Origin: Bacteroidota bacterium
GTDB taxonomy: Bacteria > Bacteroidota > Bacteroidia > Flavobacteriales > Flavobacteriaceae
Assembly (NCBI GenBank): GCA_947466955.1
Contig: CANIFM010000001.1
Span: 1,314-65,313, forward strand
Direction of reading: 5' to 3'
Length of the DNA: 64,000 nucleotides
In this document: one piece after another, positions 26,505 through 35,022 of the stretch
How the letters are laid out: every line of letters starts with the position of its first letter
How positions within the stretch are numbered: the first letter of the stretch is position 1
The notes under the pieces: generated by a model
What the model was told of the DNA's origin: nothing
The model's database searches: none
The model's input: only the letters and a program-made list of their open reading frames with translations
Position numbers and translations under genes: made by a program

Positions 26505-26959
26505 TAAATTCACAAGAAATAATTAATCTAATTCCAATGGCTTCCGAATGGGTAGAAGCACAAGAAACAATGATTTTAGCTAATGGTGTTCCATTAACTG
26601 AAAAGCAAAGAAGTATTGCTTCTAAAATTGGCATTAAGAATACAGACAAAATTAGATTGTTACAAGTGAAATCAATTCCAGAACCTGAGAATTTCATTTT
26701 GAATGAAGCGAGCAAAGCCATTGGATTTATTTCATGTAATACTCTGGGAATTACCTACAGGTATGGGATTTATATACGACACGATTATTGGGAGAATGAA
26801 AGTTTAATTATACATGAATTGACACATACTTTACAATATGAAAGGTTGGGTGGAATTATTGATTTTCTAAATCAATACATTAAAGAATGTATTTATTATG
26901 GATATAATAATAGTCCATTAGAAAAGGAAGCGGTTCAAATGGCTACAATCATTTTTTAA
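26501..26959 (+). CDS. DUF4157-like HExxH zincin protein
   Basis: GITYRYGIYI...LIIHELTHTLQY...PLEKEA; ATGA overlap with DUF2779 gene. Confidence 0.7.
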   Translation: MINSQEIINLIPMASEWVEAQETMILANGVPLTEKQRSIASKIGIKNTDKIRLLQVKSIPEPENFILNEASKAIGFISCNTLGITYRYGIYIRHDYWENESLIIHELTHTLQYERLGGIIDFLNQYIKECIYYGYNNSPLEKEAVQMATIIF

Positions 26960-27018
26960 ATGATTATTAAATCTAAAACCAGAAGAATTTCAATTTAATT
27001 ATTAATAAAATACAGTTT

Positions 27019-27603
27019 ATGAGAATTACATTTTTATCCCCGTTATTATTGTTTTTATTATCCTTTACTTCAAATCCTATAAGTAAAAAGGAAGTTTTAT
27101 ATAAATGTAAAAAAGGAACTTTATCTATTGAAAAAGATTTTATCAAAGTAAATTTTGATATCGATTATTATCGAAGAGGTGAAGGTGATTACGTTGAAAT
27201 ATTAGTATTATTAGATAGAAAGAATTATTTGGGTTCGGTTGATGAACAAGAATATAATATGAACAAAATATTTCTAATTGAAAAATACCAAAAGGAACTA
27301 ATGAAAAAATTTGACTTCTACGATTACTCACAAAAAATTCTACGAGTTGAAAAGAAAAATAGAAGATGTTATTTTTTCTATTATGAACAACTTGTAAAAA
27401 TAGATATTGGAAGAAAAATGTCTGATGGAAGATATTGTGTTGGTTCGAATAATATTGATTTTCAAGTGAAAGAAAAAAACATAATTGTAACCTTATATAT
27501 CAATGGTTTTTATAAGTACGGTGAAAAAATAACAAAGGATAAGGATAATAATATCACTATGCGAAATGATTTCACTTCAGAACATAGAAAGACTTCAATA
27601 TAA
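27019..27603 (+). CDS. Secreted hypothetical protein
   Basis: Signal peptide MRITFLSPLLLFLLSF. Confidence 0.55.
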   Translation: MRITFLSPLLLFLLSFTSNPISKKEVLYKCKKGTLSIEKDFIKVNFDIDYYRRGEGDYVEILVLLDRKNYLGSVDEQEYNMNKIFLIEKYQKELMKKFDFYDYSQKILRVEKKNRRCYFFYYEQLVKIDIGRKMSDGRYCVGSNNIDFQVKEKNIIVTLYINGFYKYGEKITKDKDNNITMRNDFTSEHRKTSI

Positions 27604-27659
27604 CTAGCTTAAATTAAGAATTTTATAATCTATAACTATTCAAATTAAATCATAGCTAT

Positions 27660-29066
27660 ATGAATACAATTAAAAGAAATTATTTAAAAAACTTACTTTA
27701 TGGCGTTTCTGTTGGTGATGCTTTAGGAGTTCCAGTTGAGTTTGAAAACAGAGAATATTTAACGGAAAACCCTGTAACCAAAATGACATTAGGCGGAGTT
27801 CACGACCAAGGAATTGGAGTTTGGTCAGATGATAGTTCGCTAACTTTTTGTTTAGCGGAGTCTATTATTGAAGGATATGATATTCATAATTTAGCCAATA
27901 AATTTATCAAATGGAAAAACGAAGGCTATTGGACTGCAACAGGAGAAGTTTTCGACATAGGAAATACTACAAGACAATCCATCATGAATCTAAGTAAAGG
28001 AGTTCAGCCAACACTGGCTGGGGGGTTAGATGAAATTGATAATGGCAATGGTTCCTTAATGAGAATTTTACCATTAGTTATTTTGCTTAAAGATTTACCT
28101 ATTAAGAAACGTTTTGACTTAGTAAAAGAAGTGTCATCCATTACCCATGCTCATAATCGTTCTATTATTGCTTGTTTCTATTACTTAGAATTTGCATTGC
28201 AGCTAATGGAAGGAAAAGACAAATTTGATATTTATGAAAATCTAAAAAAATCGGTTTCTGAATTTTTAATTTCAAACGAAATTTATAGTAATGAATTAAT
28301 TCATTTTGACAGACTTCTAAACGGAAATATTTATGAGTTAGAAGAAGAATTAATTCAAAGTGGCGGATATGTAATTCAAACTTTGGAAGCCAGTATTTGG
28401 TGTTTGTTAACTTCAGATAGTTATGAAGAAGCTGTTTTAAAAGCAGTTAATTTAGGTGGTGATACAGATACCACTGGAGCAGTTACTGGAGGATTAGCTG
28501 GTTTAATGTATGGTTTTAAATCGATGCCAAAATTATGGGTTGCTTCAATTCGAAAAATAAACGAGATAAATAAATTAATTCATAGTTATCATCAACAAGT
28601 GAATAGTCTTTTAGGTAAAATGACTGTCTATTATAAAATTACTACTCGAGATTTTATTGAAGAAAATGGTGATTTTATAGATGGTTCAGCTGTCATATTT
28701 GATTCTTTACCCCATAAATTAGATGCTGTTTTACATTTAACGAATGAAGATGGTGTAAACAGCATTTCATTAAATTTCAATTATCCGAATTATCCCAACG
28801 AAGGGTTTGTATCCTGTGAATTAGAGTCTGAAATTACTTGTTCTAATGAAACTTTTAATTTTCTATTTGATTTTAATGAATTTATTTTCATAAACGAAAA
28901 CGAAGCTCTTTTAAAAGGAACTTTAGCAGTTAACCTATTCGATTCTGAAGAAGTAGATAACTTCAAATATGAATTGCTAATTCAACAAGATAATTGTCAA
29001 GAAATAATATTGAATAGTACAATTATCCCATTTTGTCATTTTGAAGAAGAAGAATTAGAAGAGTAA
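27660..29066 (+). CDS. ADP-ribosylglycohydrolase (DraG/ARH family) with acidic C-terminal extension
   Basis: GDALGVPVEF, WSDDS, GNGSLMR, ITH, GGDTDTTGAVTGGLAG. Confidence 0.92.
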   Translation: MNTIKRNYLKNLLYGVSVGDALGVPVEFENREYLTENPVTKMTLGGVHDQGIGVWSDDSSLTFCLAESIIEGYDIHNLANKFIKWKNEGYWTATGEVFDIGNTTRQSIMNLSKGVQPTLAGGLDEIDNGNGSLMRILPLVILLKDLPIKKRFDLVKEVSSITHAHNRSIIACFYYLEFALQLMEGKDKFDIYENLKKSVSEFLISNEIYSNELIHFDRLLNGNIYELEEELIQSGGYVIQTLEASIWCLLTSDSYEEAVLKAVNLGGDTDTTGAVTGGLAGLMYGFKSMPKLWVASIRKINEINKLIHSYHQQVNSLLGKMTVYYKITTRDFIEENGDFIDGSAVIFDSLPHKLDAVLHLTNEDGVNSISLNFNYPNYPNEGFVSCELESEITCSNETFNFLFDFNEFIFINENEALLKGTLAVNLFDSEEVDNFKYELLIQQDNCQEIILNSTIIPFCHFEEEELEE

Positions 29067-29099
29067 ATAAATAGACGAAAACTAATTACTAATCATTTA

Positions 29100-29130
29100 A
29101 AGATAAACCCTAAATTTAGGGGTTTATCTT
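29100..29130. terminator. Hairpin between cargo and backbone
   Basis: AAGATAAACCCTAAA-TTTAGGGGTTTATCTT inverted repeat between convergent genes. Confidence 0.65.
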
Positions 29131-29173
29131 GCGGTTAAAGGTAATCCAAGCTATTTTTATTTATTAAAAAAAA

Positions 29174-29833
29174 TTACCGCTTATCCGAGCTGCTTGGACT
29201 AAATGTGATGAGGTTGAACATGTTTCGCATCCTGGAACGAAGTCGGTTTCCATAGTGATTTTCTATTTCAAAAGCTGCAAGGTTTGTGGTGATGTGCGTT
29301 ATTGAATTATTTTCTACGAATTGTTCGTATCTAGTGATTAGAATTTCAGCCATAACGTTGCAGTCATTGCCGAAGTGTTTTATCTGTTGTTCGGTGCCTA
29401 AATCATCAAAACAATAGCCCGTTAAACGGATTTGATTGTTCTGTTTTGTGGTGTATGAATTTATGGCTTCATAACCGTTTTTGGCAAACTCAAATGAAAT
29501 TTCTCTACACGTTTTGATTTTGTAATCTGAAAATGAGTTTGCAAACGGGGTAATTAATCGCATTAAGGAGGTTTTCCCGCATCCAATTGGTCCAGACAGC
29601 AAAATACCCCTTGACAAATTTAATTGCAGTTTTAAGGCGTTATTTTCATCTTTGATCATGTAGATTAAAAGTTTGAAAATTGTTTCCAAATCTTCCTCTT
29701 TGATTTTGAAATTTTGACCGAAATCTTGCTTGCCTTTGTTCTCGATGAAAGACAAGCATTTCTTGAAATCATAGTGTTTGTAGCCGTTTTGGATGGTGTA
29801 AGTGTCGGACAATAAATTACAGTGGTTCAGCAT
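29174..29833 (-). CDS. DnaC/IstB-like P-loop ATPase
   Basis: GPIGCGKT Walker A, CFDDLG Walker B, THITTNL, YGNRLRSRMR. Confidence 0.85.
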   Translation of the reverse strand: MLNHCNLLSDTYTIQNGYKHYDFKKCLSFIENKGKQDFGQNFKIKEEDLETIFKLLIYMIKDENNALKLQLNLSRGILLSGPIGCGKTSLMRLITPFANSFSDYKIKTCREISFEFAKNGYEAINSYTTKQNNQIRLTGYCFDDLGTEQQIKHFGNDCNVMAEILITRYEQFVENNSITHITTNLAAFEIENHYGNRLRSRMRNMFNLITFSPSSSDKR

Positions 29834-30635
29834 AATTTTTTAGGTTTTGAGTGTGCAAATGGTTTGGTTGAGGTTGGTTTTGTTGGAATTTCACGGCGTT
29901 TAATAGCCAATTTCGTGAAGCTGCTTTCCAGTCTTTCATTTTTGATTTACCGCCCACTAACCAACCGTTGCTTTCAAAATGGTTGAAGAATTTTTGTGCA
30001 TCGGTTTCCGTTGCGTTTTTTTCAATGAAAAAATCAAGCACATTTTGCCACTCTGGCGGAATGGTGTTTTGAATTTCTGTACCCTTTTTTTCGCGCAACT
30101 TTTTTTGGGAAGCTTCAAGATTTTTAGCTGTAGCAATTTTGGACAAGTTGTTTTTTGGTGTTTTTTCGTTTTTACCAAAGTTTGAAATGTTTGCATTGTT
30201 TGCATTGTTTATTATGTTTATAGAAGATACCAGTGCCTGTCCCAGTGCTTGTCCAGTGCTTGTCTTCTGCTTGTCCAAAGCTTGTCCATTAACGAGTTTG
30301 TTTTTTGGATTAGTTCCGTTCTTTTTTTCGATGATTTTTAGTGCCAAAACGAGGTCTAACATTTCGACTAAACTGCCTCTAAATGGATTAAAAGATGGGC
30401 TGTAAATTACATAGCCTTTGTTGTGTAAATCACGCATACATTTGTGATAGGTTGATTTGGAACAAATCTTACTAATTGACATAATATCGTCTCTTGTAAT
30501 GCTAATTGGATTTTGAAAACGGTTGAGGTTCCAGTACTGAAACAAGGCAATGTAAAGACTTACATGCGTTGGATTTAGATTTTGGTCGAGTACTACTCGG
30601 TCAAAAAAACCTGTGAGTTGTTTTATGTAATTCAT
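29817..30635 (-). CDS. Putative replication initiator (wHTH plus phage-like C-terminal domain)
   Basis: LNPTHVSLYIALF...STYHKCMRDL..KGYV.Y.PS wHTH; FFNHFESNGW...MKDWKAASRNW; coupled to the ATPase. Confidence 0.65.
   Translation of the reverse strand: MNYIKQLTGFFDRVVLDQNLNPTHVSLYIALFQYWNLNRFQNPISITRDDIMSISKICSKSTYHKCMRDLHNKGYVIYSPSFNPFRGSLVEMLDLVLALKIIEKKNGTNPKNKLVNGQALDKQKTSTGQALGQALVSSINIINNANNANISNFGKNEKTPKNNLSKIATAKNLEASQKKLREKKGTEIQNTIPPEWQNVLDFFIEKNATETDAQKFFNHFESNGWLVGGKSKMKDWKAASRNWLLNAVKFQQNQPQPNHLHTQNLKNYAEPL
30187..30287. repeat. Iteron-like repeats and AT-rich 9-mers inside initiator gene (candidate origin)
   Basis: GC(T/C)TGTC(C/T) at 30235, 30247, 30258, 30269, 30280; four (A/T)TGTTT-nnn 9-mers at 30187-30222. 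Confidence 0.6.
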
Positions 30636-30645
30636 CGTAATTTAT

Positions 30646-30933
30646 TTATTTGAAAAGTGTTGGAATCGCTTTTACGCTTTTGGATTCTAAGAGTTTTTCG
30701 ATTTCATGGTGGGCGTAGTAATTTATGCCTCCAATTTTAGTAAAAGATAGAATTCCTTTAATTCGGAAACTTTGTAATGTTCCGTTAGAAATGTTGAGCA
30801 TTTCTCTTACTTCAGTGGATTTTAGCCACTTTTTTACTGGGGTTGCTTTGGTGTTAAAGATTTCTTTTAAATCTTTTAAAAGCAACAAACGAAACTCGAT
30901 TAAATCGTCTTGGGTAACCACTTGAATAGCCAT
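30646..30933 (-). CDS. HTH_17 / excisionase-like DNA-binding protein
   Basis: KWLKSTEVREMLNISNGTLQSFR..G.LSFTKIGG..YY. Confidence 0.85.
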   Translation of the reverse strand: MAIQVVTQDDLIEFRLLLLKDLKEIFNTKATPVKKWLKSTEVREMLNISNGTLQSFRIKGILSFTKIGGINYYAHHEIEKLLESKSVKAIPTLFK

Positions 30934-31167
30934 ACTTTTTCTTTTTAGAATTTGAATGACAAAGGAAAATATAATAGTACTACCGCGCCAGTGTCAGGGG
31001 GTGGCGCCACCCCCCACAAAAGCCAACAAAATAGGCTATTCACGTCAAAAAAGTTTTTTTTATAAGGGTGTTTTTGTGTATTTTATTGAATAATGACTAA
31101 CTTTGTTTTTTGAAACAAAAAAAGGGGTAACTCTTTTAAAATATAAGTAGCGAAAGTTATTTACTGT

Positions 31168-31334
31168 GCCACAGGAAACCGCCAAATTTATCTTGCACCA
31201 GAAAATATACTGTTCGCCCACGCAAGGCGTGGGCTCAGTTTATTGGTGCAACGGGTGCTTGGCGGTACCTCTGTGGCTGATTTATTGATGTCCCACGCTG
31301 GTTGTTTCTGATTGTTTTACAATTAGAAACAGCC
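31168..31334 (+). ncRNA. Structured RNA, C4/CI-antisense-like architecture
   Basis: Nested stems GCCACAG/CTGTGGC, ACCGCCAA/TTGGCGGT, TTGCACCA/TGGTGCAA, GCCCACGC/GCGTGGGC; repeat CCCACGC 31292-31298; 16-bp hairpin 31300-31334; -7 element TAACTTTG 31098-31105. Confidence 0.6.
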
Positions 31335-31352
31335 GAAAAAGAAAAGTGAATT

Positions 31353-31523
31353 ATGAAAGAGCAAAAAGCAATGCAAGCATCCCCTGAACTTGCCGTATTT
31401 ATGGAATATCACCATATATCGACTGTCTCTTTATTACTTAAAATTGACAACGAAGATTTATTACAAATGGTTGGTTTCGGCTGGCGCCTAATGAAAGAAG
31501 TCTTACAACTTCGTAAGATTTAG
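31353..31523 (+). CDS. 56-aa protein resembling RNA polymerase alpha-CTD (missed by ORF track)
   Basis: MKEQKAMQASPELAVFMEYHHISTVSLLLKIDNEDLLQMVGFGWRLMKEVLQLRKI; I.TV..LL....EDLL...GFG.R...EV pattern. Confidence 0.5.
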   Translation: MKEQKAMQASPELAVFMEYHHISTVSLLLKIDNEDLLQMVGFGWRLMKEVLQLRKI

Positions 31524-32999
31524 AAGTTCAAATATTTTTTCACGAATTTTATTTATAGTTGTTGCTTCCACATTATAGAATTTGTTTTTTATGCTTGACT
31601 CTGAAATAGTATTTGTTGACTTTGTTTTGAAATTTGCTGCAATAAAACGAAACAATTCGATTTGACTTTTTGGATTAATAATACCAATTTGAGAAAGTAA
31701 CCCAAAGAAATAACTCAGCTGCGCAACAGATAAGTCAGTATTCATTTTTTCAAATCCCTCCTGGTGTATTATTTGAAATGGATTTCCCTTTTCAAGACTA
31801 TTTTTTTTGTTTAAATATTCAATTTCTTCTTCAATCCAATTAATAATTTGGTGTTTTATAGATGGTAGATTTTGCCTTAACTTCATGAAATTTCTAGTTT
31901 GCCTTTGGTTGTAATATTTTAGCAGCTGGTAGAGTTTATTTATTTTTTCTATGTCGGAATTTTCGAACTTTAAAGTGTCTTGAATAGTATCTATACTGTA
32001 ATCAAAAAACTCGAGATTATTAAGATTTAGATCCAAAAGCCATTCTTTAACATCAACAGATGTAGGACTTTGGGTAGCATTATTTAAATACCTAAAAATT
32101 TGGGAGATATAGTTTGAATAATAATTGAATTCGTTGTAGGTAATTTGTTGATTTATATTGAAAGTTGTGATTTTTAAAATGGGTTGATACGCAATTTGTA
32201 AGAGCCGGTTGTCCAGATTTATTTCTAAAAGTTTGGTTTTTACAAAGTTCATTTTGTTGTCAATTTCTAGTTCTTTTACAAGCAAGGTTTTGAAGGGAAC
32301 TTGGATTTCAATATCGAGGTATTTTAAGTATTCAATTTCTATGAATTGGAGTAGTTTTTCCAAATAAATGTAAACTACTTTTAAGCAGTCGCTTTTGTTG
32401 TATTCGGAAGAAAAATTATATATTTCAATTGCTACTGCAGGATTGATGTTGCGAATAACCCGATGCGATAAATTTTCTAATGCCTGTTGTTTTCTTTGGA
32501 TAAAGTGCTCGATTCTTCCTTTTGATTTTAGGCTAAATACCCTTTCTTTATTGATTTTTATGATTTTGTTATTCTCCTGTTTTAGTTTTTGGCAGCAAAA
32601 AAGAAAGAAAAGGTTTTCGGGTGCAATATCTTCAATCGGACATTGTTCAAGAATAATTAAGGTATTGTTTTCATGGAAGGAACTCCAGCAGAAAGTGGTG
32701 GTTGCATTTTGAATATTTAGATCCTGGAGTATTTTAGGAATGAACTCTTCAAACTCGGAGTTGATACCGCAATTTGTTGGATGATAATCGGGAGCCTTAT
32801 GGTGAAGGTTATGGATTTTGTCTTTGATAACATAGTTTACAAGTCCATCTGATTTAAAGAAATTGACCTCGTGCAGGTGGTGGCTTTCGTCGGAGCATAG
32901 TTTTAGAAAAGAGATTACCTCTTTTTGATTGGTTTTTCTGGAGTGTTTAATTTCATTGAAAAGCGAATCGTAAACTTCAAGCGTGTAATTCTGTTTCAT
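31503..32999 (-). CDS. Mobile-element protein, possible RteC-like C-terminus
   Basis: 498 aa next to the integrase; C-terminal LSVAQLSYFF.LL...II...FIA.NF.TK...IS..SIKNKFY. Confidence 0.45.
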   Translation of the reverse strand: MKQNYTLEVYDSLFNEIKHSRKTNQKEVISFLKLCSDESHHLHEVNFFKSDGLVNYVIKDKIHNLHHKAPDYHPTNCGINSEFEEFIPKILQDLNIQNATTTFCWSSFHENNTLIILEQCPIEDIAPENLFFLFCCQKLKQENNKIIKINKERVFSLKSKGRIEHFIQRKQQALENLSHRVIRNINPAVAIEIYNFSSEYNKSDCLKVVYIYLEKLLQFIEIEYLKYLDIEIQVPFKTLLVKELEIDNKMNFVKTKLLEINLDNRLLQIAYQPILKITTFNINQQITYNEFNYYSNYISQIFRYLNNATQSPTSVDVKEWLLDLNLNNLEFFDYSIDTIQDTLKFENSDIEKINKLYQLLKYYNQRQTRNFMKLRQNLPSIKHQIINWIEEEIEYLNKKNSLEKGNPFQIIHQEGFEKMNTDLSVAQLSYFFGLLSQIGIINPKSQIELFRFIAANFKTKSTNTISESSIKNKFYNVEATTINKIREKIFELLNLTKL

Positions 33000-33270
33000 T
33001 GTCCCTGATTTAGAAATTATGTAACTTAATCGACCGATTAAAAAACAATATTTATTTGGCTTATAGGTGCTTTATCAACAATGAATTGACTTCAACAAAA
33101 AAAGTTAGATATATATCCTTTTGAAGTCAGCAAGTTAAACAAATATTAACATTATATATCAATAGTGATAAAATATATTATGCACGCCTACTAAATTGTA
33201 ATAAAAAGGACTACAATTATAAAGAGGGATTTTTATAATTGCATTAATAAATCTTAAAAAAAATGCGATT

Positions 33271-34518
33271 TTAGCTTATTGATTTGGTTTCAATGATTGG
33301 CGTATTGATTTTGAATTTTTCTTTTAGCAGCATCATATCGTTACTGATTTTAATATCTAAAATCTTGGCGTAATGTTGGGTAGTTTTAAGATTCGTATGT
33401 CCTAACATCTTGCTAACGGTTTCAATTGGAACGCCATTTGAGAGCGTTACAGTGGTTGCAAATGTATGCCGGGCAATGTGGAAAGTCAATTCTTTATTGA
33501 TGCCACAAACATCCGCTATTTCCTTTAGGTAGGCGTTCATTTTTTGATTGCTTAGTATTGGGAGAAGTCGGTCCTCGTTTAAGCAGATTGGATGGGAGGC
33601 GTATTTATTGACTATCGAAAGTGCGATTGGTAACAAAGGTATTTTGGAAGCTGTGTCTGTTTTCTGTCTGTTTTTGAAAATCCATTTATCTCCATCGATA
33701 CCAAAACTAATGTGATTTGGTGTAAGTTGTTTTACATCAATATAAGCTAACCCTGTGAAGCAGCTAAAAACAAATATGTCGCGAACAATTTCCAGACGAT
33801 TAGAAACAAATTTTTTATTCATCATCGTTTCGATTTCTTCAGTACTCAAATATTCGCGGATAACTTCTTTGATTTTTGATTTGTAATTTGCAAAAGGGTC
33901 TTTTATTAGCCAACCGTTGGCCAAGCAAATGTTTATGACTTTGTGAAAGTTTTTTACATATTTAACTGCGGTATTGTTATTGCATTTTCTCACACTTCTT
34001 AAATAAAATTCGTACTCCGTGATAAAAGCATGATCTATATTATCAATATTAATATCCGATATTTTGTACTTCCAGAAGATAAAATCTTGTGTGTGTTTTA
34101 GTGAAGTTCTGTATCGTTCTAATGTCCCTGGTGCGTACTCGGTTCCTAAAAGTTCTTTGATTTTTCGATTGTGTTCTTCAAAAATAGGTACGAGCATTCT
34201 TCGACGTTCTTTGGTGCCAAACATTTCATTTTTAAATGTTTCGTCGTTTATAGGAATATCTTTTTTCAATAAATTGCTTTCGGATTTTAAAACTAAAGCT
34301 TTTAAATTTTCAAGATGTCCATTAATTGTTCGAGCTTCTTCGGAAACGCCCTTCATTTTCGACAAAACTGGCGACCATTTAGTAGGGTCAATGTACTTTC
34401 CAGTACTGTTGTCTAAACGTTTACCATCGATTGTGATTCTCTGAAAAATAGGTGTTAGCCCTTGGCTGTTAACCTTAGCTCTTTTTAGATAAAAGAGAAT
34501 TGAAATTGTTGCACTCAT
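33271..34518 (-). CDS. int: Tyrosine site-specific integrase (Bacteroidetes CTn/NBU-type)
   Basis: Arm-binding N-terminus, FSCFTGLAYID, HIARHTFAT, LGHTNLKTTQHYA. Confidence 0.95.
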   Translation of the reverse strand: MSATISILFYLKRAKVNSQGLTPIFQRITIDGKRLDNSTGKYIDPTKWSPVLSKMKGVSEEARTINGHLENLKALVLKSESNLLKKDIPINDETFKNEMFGTKERRRMLVPIFEEHNRKIKELLGTEYAPGTLERYRTSLKHTQDFIFWKYKISDINIDNIDHAFITEYEFYLRSVRKCNNNTAVKYVKNFHKVINICLANGWLIKDPFANYKSKIKEVIREYLSTEEIETMMNKKFVSNRLEIVRDIFVFSCFTGLAYIDVKQLTPNHISFGIDGDKWIFKNRQKTDTASKIPLLPIALSIVNKYASHPICLNEDRLLPILSNQKMNAYLKEIADVCGINKELTFHIARHTFATTVTLSNGVPIETVSKMLGHTNLKTTQHYAKILDIKISNDMMLLKEKFKINTPIIETKSIS

Positions 34519-34708
34519 AATTGGTAACCTTTAAGTTAATAGAAAATTAATAATACTATTAACACAAAACAAGATGTCCATTAGATGAACCCCTTATTTT
34601 AAAAGGGGTTTGACAGATAGGGGTACATAATTTTAAAATTATTTATGTACCCCGAATTGTGCCCCTTCAACTATGAGAAACTATGTATAAATTTGATATA
34701 TGGGGAAA

Positions 34709-34746
34709 TAAAAAAACCCCTTAAATCGTTAGATTTAGGGGGTTTT
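34709..34746. terminator. Hairpin downstream of tRNA in the att region
   Basis: AAAACCCCTTAAATC-GTTA-GATTTAGGGGGTTTT; T-run follows on the minus strand. Confidence 0.65.
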
Positions 34747-34766
34747 AGAGGTTTTTGTGAAACAAC

Positions 34767-34854
34767 TGGCGGAGAAAGAGGGATTCGAACCCCCGGACCT
34801 GTTACAGTCAACAGTTTTCAAGACTGCCGCATTCGACCGCTCTGCCATTTCTCC
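34767..34854 (-). tRNA. tRNA-Ser(UGA)
   Basis: GGAGAAATGGCAGAGCGGTCGAATGCGGCAGTCTTGAAAACTG...GGTTCGAATCCCTCTTTCTCCGCCA; long variable arm, anticodon TGA, encoded CCA. Confidence 0.97.
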
Positions 34855-35022
34855 AATAAGACGCATATCATTTTCTCAATGCGGTTGCAAATATAGGAAC
34901 CTTTTTTGATTTTTAAAACATTTATTTCAAAATATTTAGAAAAAAATCATCTTAATTTTTAATCATTTCATTCCCTTAGGTTTAAGTCGGATTTAATTGA
35001 CTTTGTAATTAAATAAATACTC

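Larger units (their letters stand above)
1..34766. mobile_element. Integrative element / genomic island at the 3' end of tRNA-Ser (left boundary outside window)
   Basis: Tyrosine integrase next to the tRNA 3' end, then HTH/initiator/ATPase module and AT-rich accessory cargo; housekeeping genes resume beyond the tRNA. No second att copy seen, so the left extent is inferred. Confidence 0.85.

Noticed and set aside
34645-34896. 83-aa plus-strand ORF
   Set aside because: Antisense shadow of tRNA-Ser and its terminator.
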